A DNA stretch of 64,000 nucleotides from Candidatus Latescibacterota bacterium (GTDB lineage: Bacteria; Krumholzibacteriota; Krumholzibacteriia; WVZY01): positions 96,001-160,000 of the forward strand of contig CAWBQK010000006.1 of the NCBI GenBank assembly GCA_963791045.1. The letters run 5' to 3'. Under the pieces are notes generated by a model. That model worked only from the letters and a program-made list of their open reading frames with translations, was not told where the DNA came from and did not search any database. Made by a program: the position numbers and the translations under genes. This document shows positions 36,313-47,510 of this stretch, piece after piece; position 1 is the first letter of the stretch, and each line of letters begins with the position of its first letter.

Positions 36313-36352
36313 ATATTTGAAAGTAATTTAAAGCGAAGTTAGGAGAATCTCC

Positions 36353-38130
36353 ATGAGAATGTCCAAATTGCTCAGTCAAACACTCAGGGAAGCCCCGTCA
36401 GATGCGGAGATCATCAGCCATCAGCTGCTTGTTCGTGCTGGCTATATCCGCCAGATGGCAGCCGGGATCTTCACTGCCATGCCTCTTGCAAAACGTTCCC
36501 TGACCAAGATCGAGAATATCATGCGGGATGAAATGAACAAGATCGGTGGGCAGGAAATGTCCATGCCGGTAGTCCATCCGGCGGAGATCTGGCAGGCAAC
36601 TGGACGCTGGGAAAAAGTCGGTCCTGAAATGGGGCGCTTCCACGATCGCAACGGGCGCGATATGGTGTTGGCAATGACCCACGAAGAAGCGGTGGTATCT
36701 GTGTTAAGGATGAGGTCCAGTCCTACCGCCAGCTGCCTATGCTGATCTATCACATTCAGACCAAATGGCGTGACGACCCGCGTCCCCGGGCAGGATTGAT
36801 CCGGGTCAGGGAGTTCATGATGAAGGACAGCTACAGTCTGGATCGAGATTGGGCTGGATTGGACTTACAGTATGCCAATCATTACCAGGCTTACTTCAAT
36901 ATCTTTGGACGCTGCAAGCTTCCGGTTATCGCTGTGGAATCCGATGTGGGTATGATGGGTGGCAACCTGGCCCATGAGTATATGTACATTACCCCCATAG
37001 GAGAAGATACCCTGCTGTTATGCGATAAATGCGGCTATTCCGCTAATCGTCAGATCGCAGAATTTAGGAAGGTCAAGTATGAAGAAGAGAAAGTTCTGAA
37101 ACGCGAGAAGATCGCCACACCTGAGACGAAGACAATTGCAGACCTGGCAGAACTGCTGGAAATCCCCAAGAGTAAAACAGCCAAGGCAGTTTTCTTGATG
37201 GCAGCCAAATCAACCGAGGACGGTGAGATGGAAACACTGGTTTTTGCTATCGTGCGTGGTGATATGGAACTTAATGAGACCAAGCTGGTAAACGCTGTGG
37301 GTGCAAGGAGCCTCAGGCCTGCCGAGGAAGAAGAGATCAAAGCTTCCGGTGCTGTACCTGGATATGCATCCCCTGTAGGATTAAAGGATATCCTGGTAGT
37401 TGTGGATGACTTGATCCCAGACTCTCCAAACCTGGTTGCCGGTGCAAATGAAAATGGGTTCCACTTCAAGAATGTGAACTACGGCCGAGATTTTACTGCT
37501 GATATTGTGACAGATATTGCAGCCGCCCAAGATGGAGATGGCTGTCCAAATTGCGGCGCAGACATGAATGCTGTCCGCGGTGTGGAAGTTGGCAATATCT
37601 TCAAACTGGGGACCTGGTACAGTGAGGCGGTCGGAGCAAACTATCAGGATGCTGACGGAGACGAAAAGCCGGTCGTGATGGGAAGCTATGGTATTGGCAG
37701 CGGCCGATTGCTGGCTTCTGTTGCAGAGGAATATAACGACAAATATGGCTTGATCATGCCAATCACTATCTCTCCTTATGAGGTGCACCTGGTTGAATTA
37801 GTTGGTAAGAAAGATGAAAGTGGAGAAGTAAAGAGAGTAGCTGAACAGCTTTACAAGGATCTGACAGCAGCCGGTGTCGAAGTCCTGTTTGATGATAGGG
37901 ACGAAAGTCCCGGTGTGAAATTTAACGATGCGGATCTGATTGGTGTTCCACTCCGATTAACAGTGGGCTCACGAGCGCTGCAAGAAGGCGGTATTGAAGC
38001 CAAACTCCGCACTGAGAGTGAAAAGAGCTCTATTCCGCTTGATCAGGCCGTTGAAAAGGTGAAAGAGATTATTCAGGGTTTGTATCAAGATATTCTGGAT
38101 GATCTGGAAACAGTGGAGTTCGAGAGGTAA
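36353..38130 (+). CDS. proS: Proline--tRNA ligase, bacterial type with INS editing domain; frameshift near 36700
   Basis: SHQLLVRAGYI, MTHEE, KWRDDPRPRAGLIRVREF.MKDSYS, GVEVGNIFKLG, MGSYGIG, GVKFNDADLIG. Confidence 0.95.
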
Positions 38131-38141
38131 CTTCAAAGCAG

Positions 38142-38180
38142 CATAAAAGATCCTGCCAATCAGCAGGATCTTTTATGTTT
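38142..38180. terminator. Bidirectional intrinsic terminator
   Basis: CATAAAAGATCCTGC/GCAGGATCTTTTATG. Confidence 0.85.
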
Positions 38181-38284
38181 AATTTGATTCAAACGAGAGT
38201 GACCGATCACTTTGATTGAGATATAACAGGATCTGGGGCTTCTGTTTGAGGGTCTTATATTGCAGACCAGAAAACCAATAAAGT

Positions 38285-38617
38285 TTAACCACCCATCTTG
38301 AAGAAACTGGTTAATTTCATGGCCAGATTCAGGTCCCCGGCCAATTGGAGTTTACCGTCCATGAATCCTTTCATGCCGTCTTCTCTGCCGAGCAGTACAT
38401 CTCCAAAATATTTCCCATCTGCTGTCATGGACATGACAGGATTTTCTGCTACACCTTCTTCCACTTTACATTTATCGCCACCAATGGTGATGATATAGTC
38501 ACCCCCCTCGTCGCCGGTCAGATGGTATTGAACTACAGCTTCCAAACCGGCAGCTTTCTCTGGCATGAAAGCTTTCTCGTGATTGAAGATCAATTCTTTT
38601 ACTGTATATTCCGCCAT
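38285..38617 (-). CDS. SCP2 sterol/lipid-binding domain protein
   Basis: AVVQYHLTGDEGG, DGMKGFMDGKLQLAGDLNLAMKL. Confidence 0.9.
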   Translation of the reverse strand: MAEYTVKELIFNHEKAFMPEKAAGLEAVVQYHLTGDEGGDYIITIGGDKCKVEEGVAENPVMSMTADGKYFGDVLLGREDGMKGFMDGKLQLAGDLNLAMKLTSFFKMGG

Positions 38618-38642
38618 TATTTTCTCCTTGATGTGATCCTGG

Positions 38643-39830
38643 TCAATTAATATTCTGGAAAATCGCCGCTGCGCCCATTCCACCGCCGATGCACATGGTC
38701 ACCAATCCAAATTCTTGATCCCTTCTCTTCAGTTCATAGATGATTTGGACTGATAATTTAGCTCCGGTGCATCCCAGGGGATGACCCAGAGCTATTGCGC
38801 CACCATTAACATTGGTGATCTCTTGGTTCAAGCCTAATTCCTTGATAACAGCCAGACCCTGAGCTGCAAAAGCCTCATTCAGTTCGATCAGATCGATATC
38901 CTTTAGGCTCATTCCAGTGCGTTCCAATACCTTGGGAACTGCAACGATAGGACCGATGCCCATAACGTCTGGTTCAACACCTCCGGCTGCGAATGAGATG
39001 AATCGCGCTAACGGTTTTAAGCCCAGGGCATCTGCTTTGGCTTTAGACATGATAATGACACCCGCGGCTCCGTCTGACATCTGGGATGAATTTCCGGCGG
39101 TGACTGTGCCGCCTGTTTTGAAAGCAGGCCTTAATTTGGCCAGGACTTCCAGGCAGGTATCACCGCGAGGACCTTCATCACGTTTAAAGGTGATCTGTTT
39201 TGTGCCGGCAGGTGAAACGATCTCAATTTCAAGAGGGACGATCTCTTCGTCAAAGCGGCCCGATTCCACAGCTTCATAGGCTTTCTTGTTGCTCTTGAGG
39301 GCGAACTCGTCCTGCATTTCCCTCGAGATCTTGTAGCGCTCACTAACATTTTCTGCTGTGATACCCATGCTGGTATATGCTTCTGGATAATCGTCTGCCA
39401 GGATCTGGTCCGGGCTGAATTTGTATCCGGTCATTGGTACCATGCTCATCACTTCAACGCCACCAGCGATTGCGGCGTCAATATATCCGGCTGATATCGC
39501 CTGGGCCGCGTGAGCGATGCTTTGTACTCCGGAGGAACAGAAACGGTTGACTGTTTCTGCAGGAATCTCTACGGGGAGTCCTGCGCGGAAACCTATTTGA
39601 CGGGCTATATTCATCCCCTGTTCACCTTCAGGAAAAGCACAGCCCACGATCAAATCATCCAGCTCATGGGGGTCCATATCCTGGGCCCGCTTGAGAAGTT
39701 CTTTTATAACAGCTGCTGCAAGTGTTTCCGGGCGAGTAGATTTCAGAGTTCCCCTCTTGGCCTTTCCAACTGCAGTTCTCGTAGCCGCAACGATCACTGG
39801 ATCATATCTGGGATCTTTTGGTTCTATCAT
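38643..39830 (-). CDS. fadA: Acetyl-CoA C-acyltransferase (3-ketoacyl-CoA thiolase)
   Basis: NRFCSSG, NEAFA, GHPLG, CIGGGMG. Confidence 0.93.
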   Translation of the reverse strand: MIEPKDPRYDPVIVAATRTAVGKAKRGTLKSTRPETLAAAVIKELLKRAQDMDPHELDDLIVGCAFPEGEQGMNIARQIGFRAGLPVEIPAETVNRFCSSGVQSIAHAAQAISAGYIDAAIAGGVEVMSMVPMTGYKFSPDQILADDYPEAYTSMGITAENVSERYKISREMQDEFALKSNKKAYEAVESGRFDEEIVPLEIEIVSPAGTKQITFKRDEGPRGDTCLEVLAKLRPAFKTGGTVTAGNSSQMSDGAAGVIIMSKAKADALGLKPLARFISFAAGGVEPDVMGIGPIVAVPKVLERTGMSLKDIDLIELNEAFAAQGLAVIKELGLNQEITNVNGGAIALGHPLGCTGAKLSVQIIYELKRRDQEFGLVTMCIGGGMGAAAIFQNIN

Positions 39831-39869
39831 AAAACTCTCCTTCACTTCCTGATCAGAATTCCCTGGGGA

Positions 39870-40406
39870 TTAATTGTGGAGTACCTTGCCTTTTTGAAGC
39901 AGATGCCACATTCTCTCCTGGGTTTTCTGTTCACCGCATAAACTGAGGAATGCTTCCCGCTCCAAATCCAGGAAGTATTGTTCATCTACCCACTCTGGTT
40001 GGGAAATATTCCCTCCGGTCATAACATGGATCAGTTTGCTGCCGATCACTTCTTCAAATTCAGTGATATACCCACCTGATCTAAAGCTGTGCAAACCGAC
40101 CTTCAAACCTGACAGGCCATCCCGACCAGCGGCATATATTTTTTCTGGTGGGGGAGGTTGATAACCACCCTGGGCCATATGAAGTACCTCGCGTTTGGCT
40201 TCAGCCAACAGATGATCGCGATTGATGATGATGCGGTCTGCAGGACTTAGAATACCCATTTCCTGGCCTTCAAGGGCACTTGTAGCAACTGCTCCCATAC
40301 CTACCTGCTCAAAAACACGCTGCAGATAAGGGAAACAGACTGCGTCATTGGTTCGCATGGGTGGACTGACGACCCTGCGGATCATTTCTTTGGTTCCACC
40401 ACCGGC
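39870..40406 (-). CDS. 3' fragment of a 3-hydroxyacyl-CoA dehydrogenase/enoyl-CoA hydratase (FadN-like), cut at the junction
   Basis: AGGGTKEMIRR, VATSALE, NRDHLLAEAK, LDLEREAFLSL, HLLQKGK; sits directly upstream of the thiolase. Confidence 0.85.
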   Translation of the reverse strand, partial: AGGGTKEMIRRVVSPPMRTNDAVCFPYLQRVFEQVGMGAVATSALEGQEMGILSPADRIIINRDHLLAEAKREVLHMAQGGYQPPPPEKIYAAGRDGLSGLKVGLHSFRSGGYITEFEEVIGSKLIHVMTGGNISQPEWVDEQYFLDLEREAFLSLCGEQKTQERMWHLLQKGKVLHN

Positions 40407-40408
40407 GG
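40404..40408. other. Probable chimeric or concatenation junction between two genomes
   Basis: Two divergent genes both lose their 5' ends here; abrupt change in GC content and codon style. Confidence 0.85.
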
Positions 40409-43400
40409 CGCCGGGCGCGGGTTCATCTTCGAAAACGGCGAGGACTCAACGGCGGTTCTTTCGGGCGTCACGATCAAGAACGGGCAGGAGCAAGTGGGCG
40501 GCGCCGTGTATGTCCGCATGTCACGCCCGAGAATCATCGATAACAAATTTGTGTCAAATAATGCGGTGACCGACGGCGGGGCCATTTATTGGAGTCTTGC
40601 CGGTGGCGCGCCCGTCGACGGGAATCGTGGGTAATATTTTCAGGGACAACGTAGCCGGAGACCGCGGCGGCGGACTTGTTTGTCCAATCGAGTTCGCCGA
40701 TTGTCACCGACAACACGTTTGCAACCAACAATGCCTCGCGCGGCGGCGGGGTCGCGGTAGGGAGTTCGAGCGCTGTTTTCAGAGATAACGTCGTTGAGAC
40801 GAATACCGTCACGCGAATCGGGTGGCGGCCTCCACTGCTCGGGGTCGTCGATAACCACATTCAACGGGACGAGGATTATCAGGCAACGATGCCGGCCAGA
40901 ACGGCGGAGGCGTGTACTTTGATATTTCGGGCAATATTCTGACAAACGTTTTGATCGCCGGCAACACGGCGGGACTGTTGGGTGGCGGTGTGTATTGTTG
41001 GGTGTCGGGCGATCCGGTGTTTACAAACTGCACGATCGTCGGCAACGGCGGTGGGACCAACGCGGGCAACATTGTGACCACTGACGGCAGCCCCGTATTC
41101 GACAGATCGATTGTCGCTTTCGCGACCGAAGGGCCCGCGGTTCAGTGTTTCGGTTCGGCGGTTCCGGTTTTTACCTGCTCGGATTTGTATGGCAACGCCG
41201 GGGGAGACGTGATTTGCGGCAGCGATGGCGGTGACAATTTTTCGCTGGATCCACTGTTTTGCGACGTTGGAGCGGGTGACTTTGCACTTGGAACGTGGTC
41301 TCCGTGCACGGCCATGGAGAGCCCTTGCGGTGAGCTTGTCGGCGCGTTTCCCGTGGACTGCATCGGTTCCGTGCCCACGAGGCGAATTTATGTCAAACAT
41401 GACGCGGCGGGGTTGAGTAACGGAACGTCGTGGGCCGACGCCTATCCAAATGTACAAGCTGCTCTGGGCCCCGCGGCAAGCGGCGACACCATCTGGGTTG
41501 CGGTGGGGACGTACGTTCCCACGTCAACGACCGACCGGACTGTTGGCGTTTGTGATGAAGAACGGTGTTGATGGTTGTCGGTGGGTTTGCCGGGACGGAA
41601 ACACTGCTCGAAGAGCGCGATGTCGACATGAACCCGACGATTTTAAGTGGCGACATCGGCGCTCCCGGTATGGCGGACAACTCATACCACGTTGTTATCG
41701 CGATCGGGAGTGGATTCCACATCCGTTTTCGATGGATTCACGATTACAGGAGGAAAAGCCGACGGAGCTATCCCGAATATCTCGGCGGCGGGATTTACAT
41801 GGTCGCCGGCTCTCCGACATTCAAGAACGTCACGGTCACGCTCAACTCGGCGATTGGTGGCGCCGGGAATGTTTGCGGCGGATGCGAGCGATCCGACTTT
41901 CGTCGATGCCGCTTTTGTCGACAATTGCAGCTGCGAGTACGGACTCAAAACCGGGGGTGGGATCAAGCTCGACTACAGCGATGCGACTCTAATCAATGTG
42001 GTGTTCGACGGCAATTCAGCCCGTCTCGGCGGTGCGCTCTATCACCGCGGGACCGGCACCACACGTCTTATCAATTGTCTTTTTATAAACAACCTCGCCA
42101 CCGATGACGGCGGAACCGAAGGATGGGGTGGCTGTATTTATGCGACCAGCGACGGGGTTATAAATCTCACAAACGTGACAATGGTGGGGAATCATGCGGA
42201 TCAGACGTGTGGAGGGATCTACAATACCGGGTACGGTGCTCCAGCTTATGTGGTGCTCACAAACTCGATTGTCTCGGGAAACACATCGTCTATCGGCGAA
42301 GACAACATACGAAATGTCCAGGATGCGGTGACAACGGTGAGTTACTCGCTCGTGCGCGGGTCCGGCGGCAGCGGCCCCGATTGGGTTGGGTCTGTCGGAG
42401 TCGATGCGGGTCACAACATCGACGCCGATCCTCTTTTTGTCGACGAAATCACACTCGACCTTCGGCTCTTTTTCGGCTCGCCCGCGATGGAGGCGGGGAA
42501 CAATTCCGCGCCGGATCTCTACATGAGCGATCTCGAAGGCGATCCGAGAGTTCTCGGAGCGGTTGTCGATATGGGCGCCTACGAAACCGAAATCGAATGC
42601 CCGCCAGCGAATGTTTTTTATGTCGATGTGGATGCGACGGGTGTGGGGAATGGGTCGTCATGGGGAGATGCGTTCAAGACGGTACCGCAGGCGCTCAGCA
42701 TGCGTTCGGTGTGCGGAGCCATCGACGAGATCTGGGTCGCGGCGGGCACGTACACACCGGTTGTCTCGGGCTACCAAACGGAGACGTTCACCCTCCGAAA
42801 CGGGCTGGCTCTCTACGGTGGATTTCGCCGGCGGGGAGACATCGCTCAGCGAACGAGACATCACGGCCAACCCAACAATACTCTCCGGTGAAATCAAAAA
42901 CGCCGGCACAAGCGACAACAGCTATCATGTCGTAACCGCTGACGGTGTCGATTCGACGGCCGTTCTCGATGGTTTTGTGGTAACAGCGGGAAACACGTTC
43001 GGAGCGTCGAACGAACATGGTGCGGGACTTATCTCCACGAGCGCAAGTCCGACAATCCGCAACACGACCTTTGCCGACAACTCGGGAGAGTTTGGTGGCG
43101 CGGTCTACTGCAGCGGCGGCTCGCCCGTCTTTATCGACTGCCGTTTTGTCGATAATGCCGGAGAGCTCGGCGGCGCCTTCGCCGCCGTGAATACGGCGGG
43201 CGCGCGTCTCGTGAACGCATGGTTTGGCGGGAACAACGGAAACTTTGGCGGTGCCGTGTATGTGCAATTGGGGACCCTTGCAATCGTCAACTCTGTATTC
43301 TACGACAATTATGTTATCAACTATGGCGGAGGGATCTACAACGTCGTTGGTAACGTTACCGTCACCAACGGAACCTTCCACGCCAACACGGCAACCGACG

Positions 43401-44080
43401 GCGGCGCCATGGCAAACAATGGCGCCAGCCCGGTGATCACCAACTCGATCTTTTGGGGCGACACAGGCGGTGAGATTTACAACTTTGCCGGCAGTGCTCC
43501 GGTGGTGTCGTATTCGCTTGTCGAAGCTTCGGGAGGAAGCGGTCCCGGTTGGAGCTCGGCCGTTGGCATTGACGGCGGCAACAACCTCGACACCGATCCG
43601 CTTTTTGAAGACGCTGCGAACGCCGATTTTCGCCTGGGTTCGGGATCTCTTGCGATCGACAGTGGGGACAACACCGCGTCTGAACTTGCAGTCACCGATT
43701 TCGACGGCCTTCCGCGTGTGATGGGGGGGACGGTCGACATGGGTGCCTACGAATTTGATTTGGGTGTCGGAATCGATCCGCCGATCACGCCCACGATCAT
43801 CTATGGAACCAAAATCAATTCGGTCTATCCGAATCCCTTCAACCCATCTACGACGATCTCATTCGAGCTCGCGCGTACCGGTCATGCCCGGATCGACATC
43901 TATGACGTCAGGGGTCGCCGCGTACTTCGGGCCGTCGACGATGTGCTCACTGCTGGGCCGCACACTTTTGTGTGGAAAGCAATCGACGTCGACGGTGGAC
44001 ACGTGGCGAGCGGCGTGTATTTCGCGCGTCTCAAGTTCGACGGCAAAGTCGATGTCCGCAAAATCGTTCTTCTGAAGTAG
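40404..44080 (+). CDS. Large secreted right-handed beta-helix repeat protein with choice-of-anchor-Q-like DMGAYE motifs and a C-terminal FlgD-Ig-like domain; 5' truncated, several indels
   Basis: GRGFIF..GEDSTAVLSG, repeated N.A..GGG motifs, two NG.SW.DA modules, YPNPFNPSTTI, ASGVYFARL. Confidence 0.85.
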
Positions 44081-44102
44081 GGCACAAGGAAAGATAACCC
44101 GT

Positions 44103-44148
44103 GAAAACGCCCGGGCTTGCTGCGAAACAAGGCCCGGGCGTTTTCTTT
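44103..44148. terminator. Bidirectional intrinsic terminator
   Basis: GAAAACGCCCGGGC/GCCCGGGCGTTTTC. Confidence 0.8.
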
Positions 44149-44176
44149 CAATCAGGCTGGTTCGTGCGGTTCGCCG

Positions 44177-44713
44177 TTAGCGCTTCTGCACTTTCGGCGG
44201 GTACTGATCCATTGTCTTCGCGATCGCCTTGTTGATGTTGTTCTCCATCATCTCCGGCGTCGGGTCGACATTCATGGCTGTGTGGGCGGTTCCACGCCAG
44301 GCGAGATGTTCCGTCTTGGCGTCAATCAGGTCAATAATCAGGATGCCGCCGCCTTCCTTCCAAACTTCGGCGTTTGTGTAATCTTGCTTGTAAGGTACCG
44401 AGTAATCGACCGACTGACTGGTTTTATCCGCAGTGCCAAAGGTGTAGAAGACGAGAACGTCGGGGTTAACGTCGACCTTTGTGAAACCCTTTTTCGCCAT
44501 CTCCCTATCCATCGCCATTCTCATCAGTTCATCCGCCCGCATCCACTTGCCCGTTGGGGCGCGCTCGTCCTGCGGAACATCCATCCACGCGTACGTGTTG
44601 AATTTCTCAAACGGCGCATAATCGTCGAATTCCTGTTTGACTTCAACCATCTGTGAGCAGCCGAGGGCGGCGATCATCAATACGCAAACTGCACCTAGAA
44701 CCAATCGTCTCAT
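44177..44713 (-). CDS. DUF4136 family lipoprotein
   Basis: ALGC lipobox, FNTYAW, PDVLV, GILIIDLIDAKT..LAWRG, YPP. Confidence 0.8.
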   Translation of the reverse strand: MRRLVLGAVCVLMIAALGCSQMVEVKQEFDDYAPFEKFNTYAWMDVPQDERAPTGKWMRADELMRMAMDREMAKKGFTKVDVNPDVLVFYTFGTADKTSQSVDYSVPYKQDYTNAEVWKEGGGILIIDLIDAKTEHLAWRGTAHTAMNVDPTPEMMENNINKAIAKTMDQYPPKVQKR

Positions 44714-44926
44714 CAGAATCCTCCCGGTCTAACCAACGCGGAATAAGAAACGTAACTAACGAATGAGGGGCCCCCTCACTCGGGATTTTTGACGTGGAGA
44801 AATCAGTTTTTGCGGCTGATTCGACACGCCGCTAGCATACTTCAGACACCGAAACTTTGCAACCGGTGCATGCCGGGGGGGGAGATTCGGCTGTACAAGC
44901 GCCGATCCTGATACAATATTTGGGCA

Positions 44927-45977
44927 ATGACCCACCTTTTCCGGCAGCGCTTATCGATTGTAGCCCTTTTTCTGTCCGCCGCCGTTCTGATCGGCTGCGG
45001 CCCTGAAGAGCGGATCAGCTCGCCCGACTCGGGGCAAGCGGCGTATTCTCTTGACAATCAACAAGTTGCCACACCGCACACCAGGGGATCTTTCCCGCTC
45101 GAGACGGCCAGCCGATGGGAATATTTGCGGACATTTGAGTTTCAAGATCGAATACCTCAATGCGCCGGCGCCGGCGCCGGGAGAGGTATATGAAGCCGTT
45201 GTCGAGCGTACGATGATCGGGACTGAGAGAATCTCCGGGCTGGAGTACGCCGTTGAGGAAGCGGTCATTTGGATTCCAGACGGTAATCCTCCCGTCAAAC
45301 GATGGACCCGTTTCCGGGAAGATCACGCGGGTTTGTACGTTGCGGACGTCCCCATAAACTGGCCGCCGGGCGCGCCTATCGCGGCATCTACGGGTGGGCG
45401 CGGCGCGAGCGCCGACGGGACGCTTGATAACATGATGATCCCCGGGTGGGATTCCATCGCCCCCAGCGTTGATGAAACAGTCGCCGAGTTGACACGGTCG
45501 GCATGGCGCCGGCACACGCGGGCACTCAGTGAGATACACTCGATGCTCGAACCCGGCGGGACCGCCGGCGGGGGAAAGATCGCGATGGAAATGACGGGCC
45601 GGCCGGGCGGCCTGCTCGCCGGTGAACTCTTCTGGCTGCCGTATCCGCCGCATCCCAGGATGACCTGGATCCAGAGATTCGCCCCATTCCGAATCATCTC
45701 GGAAGTAGAGGCCCACGAATCGCTCGACCTGCCCGCGGGACGGTTTCCCGCCTGGAGGGTGCGGATCCACAATAGTCTTCTCGACGAGGATGACAGCGTG
45801 GTCGTGTGGTTCGGGCGTTGCGGTCGTTTGAGTTTTGACATTCACAAGGAGACAATTGCTCTCGACATCGATTCGGGCGAGATGGTTCGGATCTCGAGCG
45901 ACGAGGTTGAAGTTCTCACGCGTGTCGATCTCGCCGAGCCCGGTCGCTGCAGCGGTGGTTCCGGCGCCGACGAGTAA
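44927..45977 (+). CDS. Hypothetical lipoprotein; frameshift near 45140
   Basis: LIGC lipobox, FPLETASRWEY, continues in ORF 45051..45977 (LPAGRFPAWRV, WFGRCG). Confidence 0.6.
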
Positions 45978-46205
45978 ATACCTCGGGCTGTCTCGTTCAA
46001 AGACCCTCCTTCCCCAAATAATCTTTCCGTCGATTTCTTCTCGGGCTCTTATCTGCTTTCTCTCGAAATGTATCCACTTTTTGCCGCTCGCACGCCCTGT
46101 TCGACGTTTTGTTTATTGACGATTTTCGAACAAGCATCCAATATAGGGCGATTCAACGCGATCTCACGGCACGCCAGGCACGGGCAATCCAAGAAGGAAC
46201 ATCTT

Positions 46206-47021
46206 ATGACAAAGACAGAGACAAACGAGGCAGTCACCGGTCTCGATTCGTTAGATCATCATTGGTTGTACGAGCAGGCCGTCCAGAGCCCCGATCACGA
46301 CATCCCGTTTTTTGAAAAGATTTACAAAAAGAAAAACGACAAGATGCCGCGTGTTTTCCGCGAGGATTTTTGTGGTACCGCGCTGCTTTCGGCGACGTGG
46401 GTCAAAAGGCATCCCGAGAACAGGGCCATCGGCATCGATCTCGATGAGTCGGTCCTCGACTGGGCGCGGACCCACAATCAAAAGCCGCTGGGGGATGACG
46501 CGGATCGCCTGACGCTTTTGTGTTCCGATGTGCGCGAGATCAGTGAGCCCAAGGCCGACGTCATCGCGGCGTTGAACTTCTCATATTTTATTTTCAAGGA
46601 ACGGGAAGATCTGATCGGGTATTTTCGCTCGGCGCGCCTGGCGCTCAACGACGGCGGGATCTTTGCCCTCGATATATTCGGAGGCTGGGAGTCGCAGATG
46701 GAGAAGAGGGAGAAAACTCGTAACGAAGGGTTTACCTACACCTGGGAACAAAAACGTTTTGACCCGGTGACCAACCACACGCGATTTCATATTCATTTCA
46801 CATTGCACAAGGGCGGCTCAATAAAGAAAGCATTCACCTACGACTGGCGGATGTGGAGCATTCCCGAGATCAGGGATATTCTCAACGCTGCGGGGTTCGA
46901 GAAAACAAGGGTGTACTGGGAAGGCGTGGACAAGAAGACGGGGGAGGTCGACGGGGATTTCCGCCCGGTGGATTCGGCGAAAAACTGCCCCGCGTGGAAC
47001 GCGCTGATAATCTCGTCGTGA
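46206..47021 (+). CDS. Class I SAM-dependent methyltransferase
   Basis: LYEQAVQSP, REDFCGTA, IGIDLD, ALNFSY, FTYDWRMWSIPE. Confidence 0.85.
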   Translation: MTKTETNEAVTGLDSLDHHWLYEQAVQSPDHDIPFFEKIYKKKNDKMPRVFREDFCGTALLSATWVKRHPENRAIGIDLDESVLDWARTHNQKPLGDDADRLTLLCSDVREISEPKADVIAALNFSYFIFKEREDLIGYFRSARLALNDGGIFALDIFGGWESQMEKREKTRNEGFTYTWEQKRFDPVTNHTRFHIHFTLHKGGSIKKAFTYDWRMWSIPEIRDILNAAGFEKTRVYWEGVDKKTGEVDGDFRPVDSAKNCPAWNALIISS

Positions 47022-47026
47022 GTTTT

Positions 47027-47500
47027 CTATTCGGCTTCGGGAGAGCGGAGAAGCGCCGCAATCCGTTCGACCCCGCCGCCTATCAGGACGATTCCCGCAA
47101 CGATCATGATGATGATTCCCGCGATGGGGATCGGATCGAACTTGACCGACGCGTTGATTGATGTCGTCTGCTCGGAATCATCAGCGCCTATCCAGGTCGC
47201 GGTGATCGTTACGATTCCCGATTCGGACGGCGTCCAATCAAACGTTCCATCCGCCGCGGTCTTGCCCACAACACTTGCCCGTTCAACGGCGCTTCCCGGG
47301 CGGTATGTCGCCGTGACTTCGGCGCCGGCAACCGAGATTCCCATATCGTCGGTTACATGAATCCGCGTGGACTGTTTCACCGAGGGAAACGCGGTATCGA
47401 GAATGATATCCGCGTGAATCGGCGGGGCCGCCAGGGTGAGAACCACGGTAACTGCGACTGCCAGCGCAAAGACTTTTCCCAATAGAAGGGCGTCATCCAA
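47027..47500 (-). CDS. Hypothetical exported Ig-like protein with a C-terminal TM anchor
   Basis: Signal-like N-terminus, beta-rich core, C-terminal hydrophobic helix; TTG start uncertain. Confidence 0.6.
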   Translation of the reverse strand: MDDALLLGKVFALAVAVTVVLTLAAPPIHADIILDTAFPSVKQSTRIHVTDDMGISVAGAEVTATYRPGSAVERASVVGKTAADGTFDWTPSESGIVTITATWIGADDSEQTTSINASVKFDPIPIAGIIIMIVAGIVLIGGGVERIAALLRSPEAE

Positions 47501-47510
47501 CAAAAGAGTC

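Noticed and set aside
36170-36352. T-box riboswitch upstream of proS
   Set aside because: No T-box consensus (GGTGGnACCGCG-like) or recognisable stem I, and the leader is short; kept only as an attenuator hypothesis.
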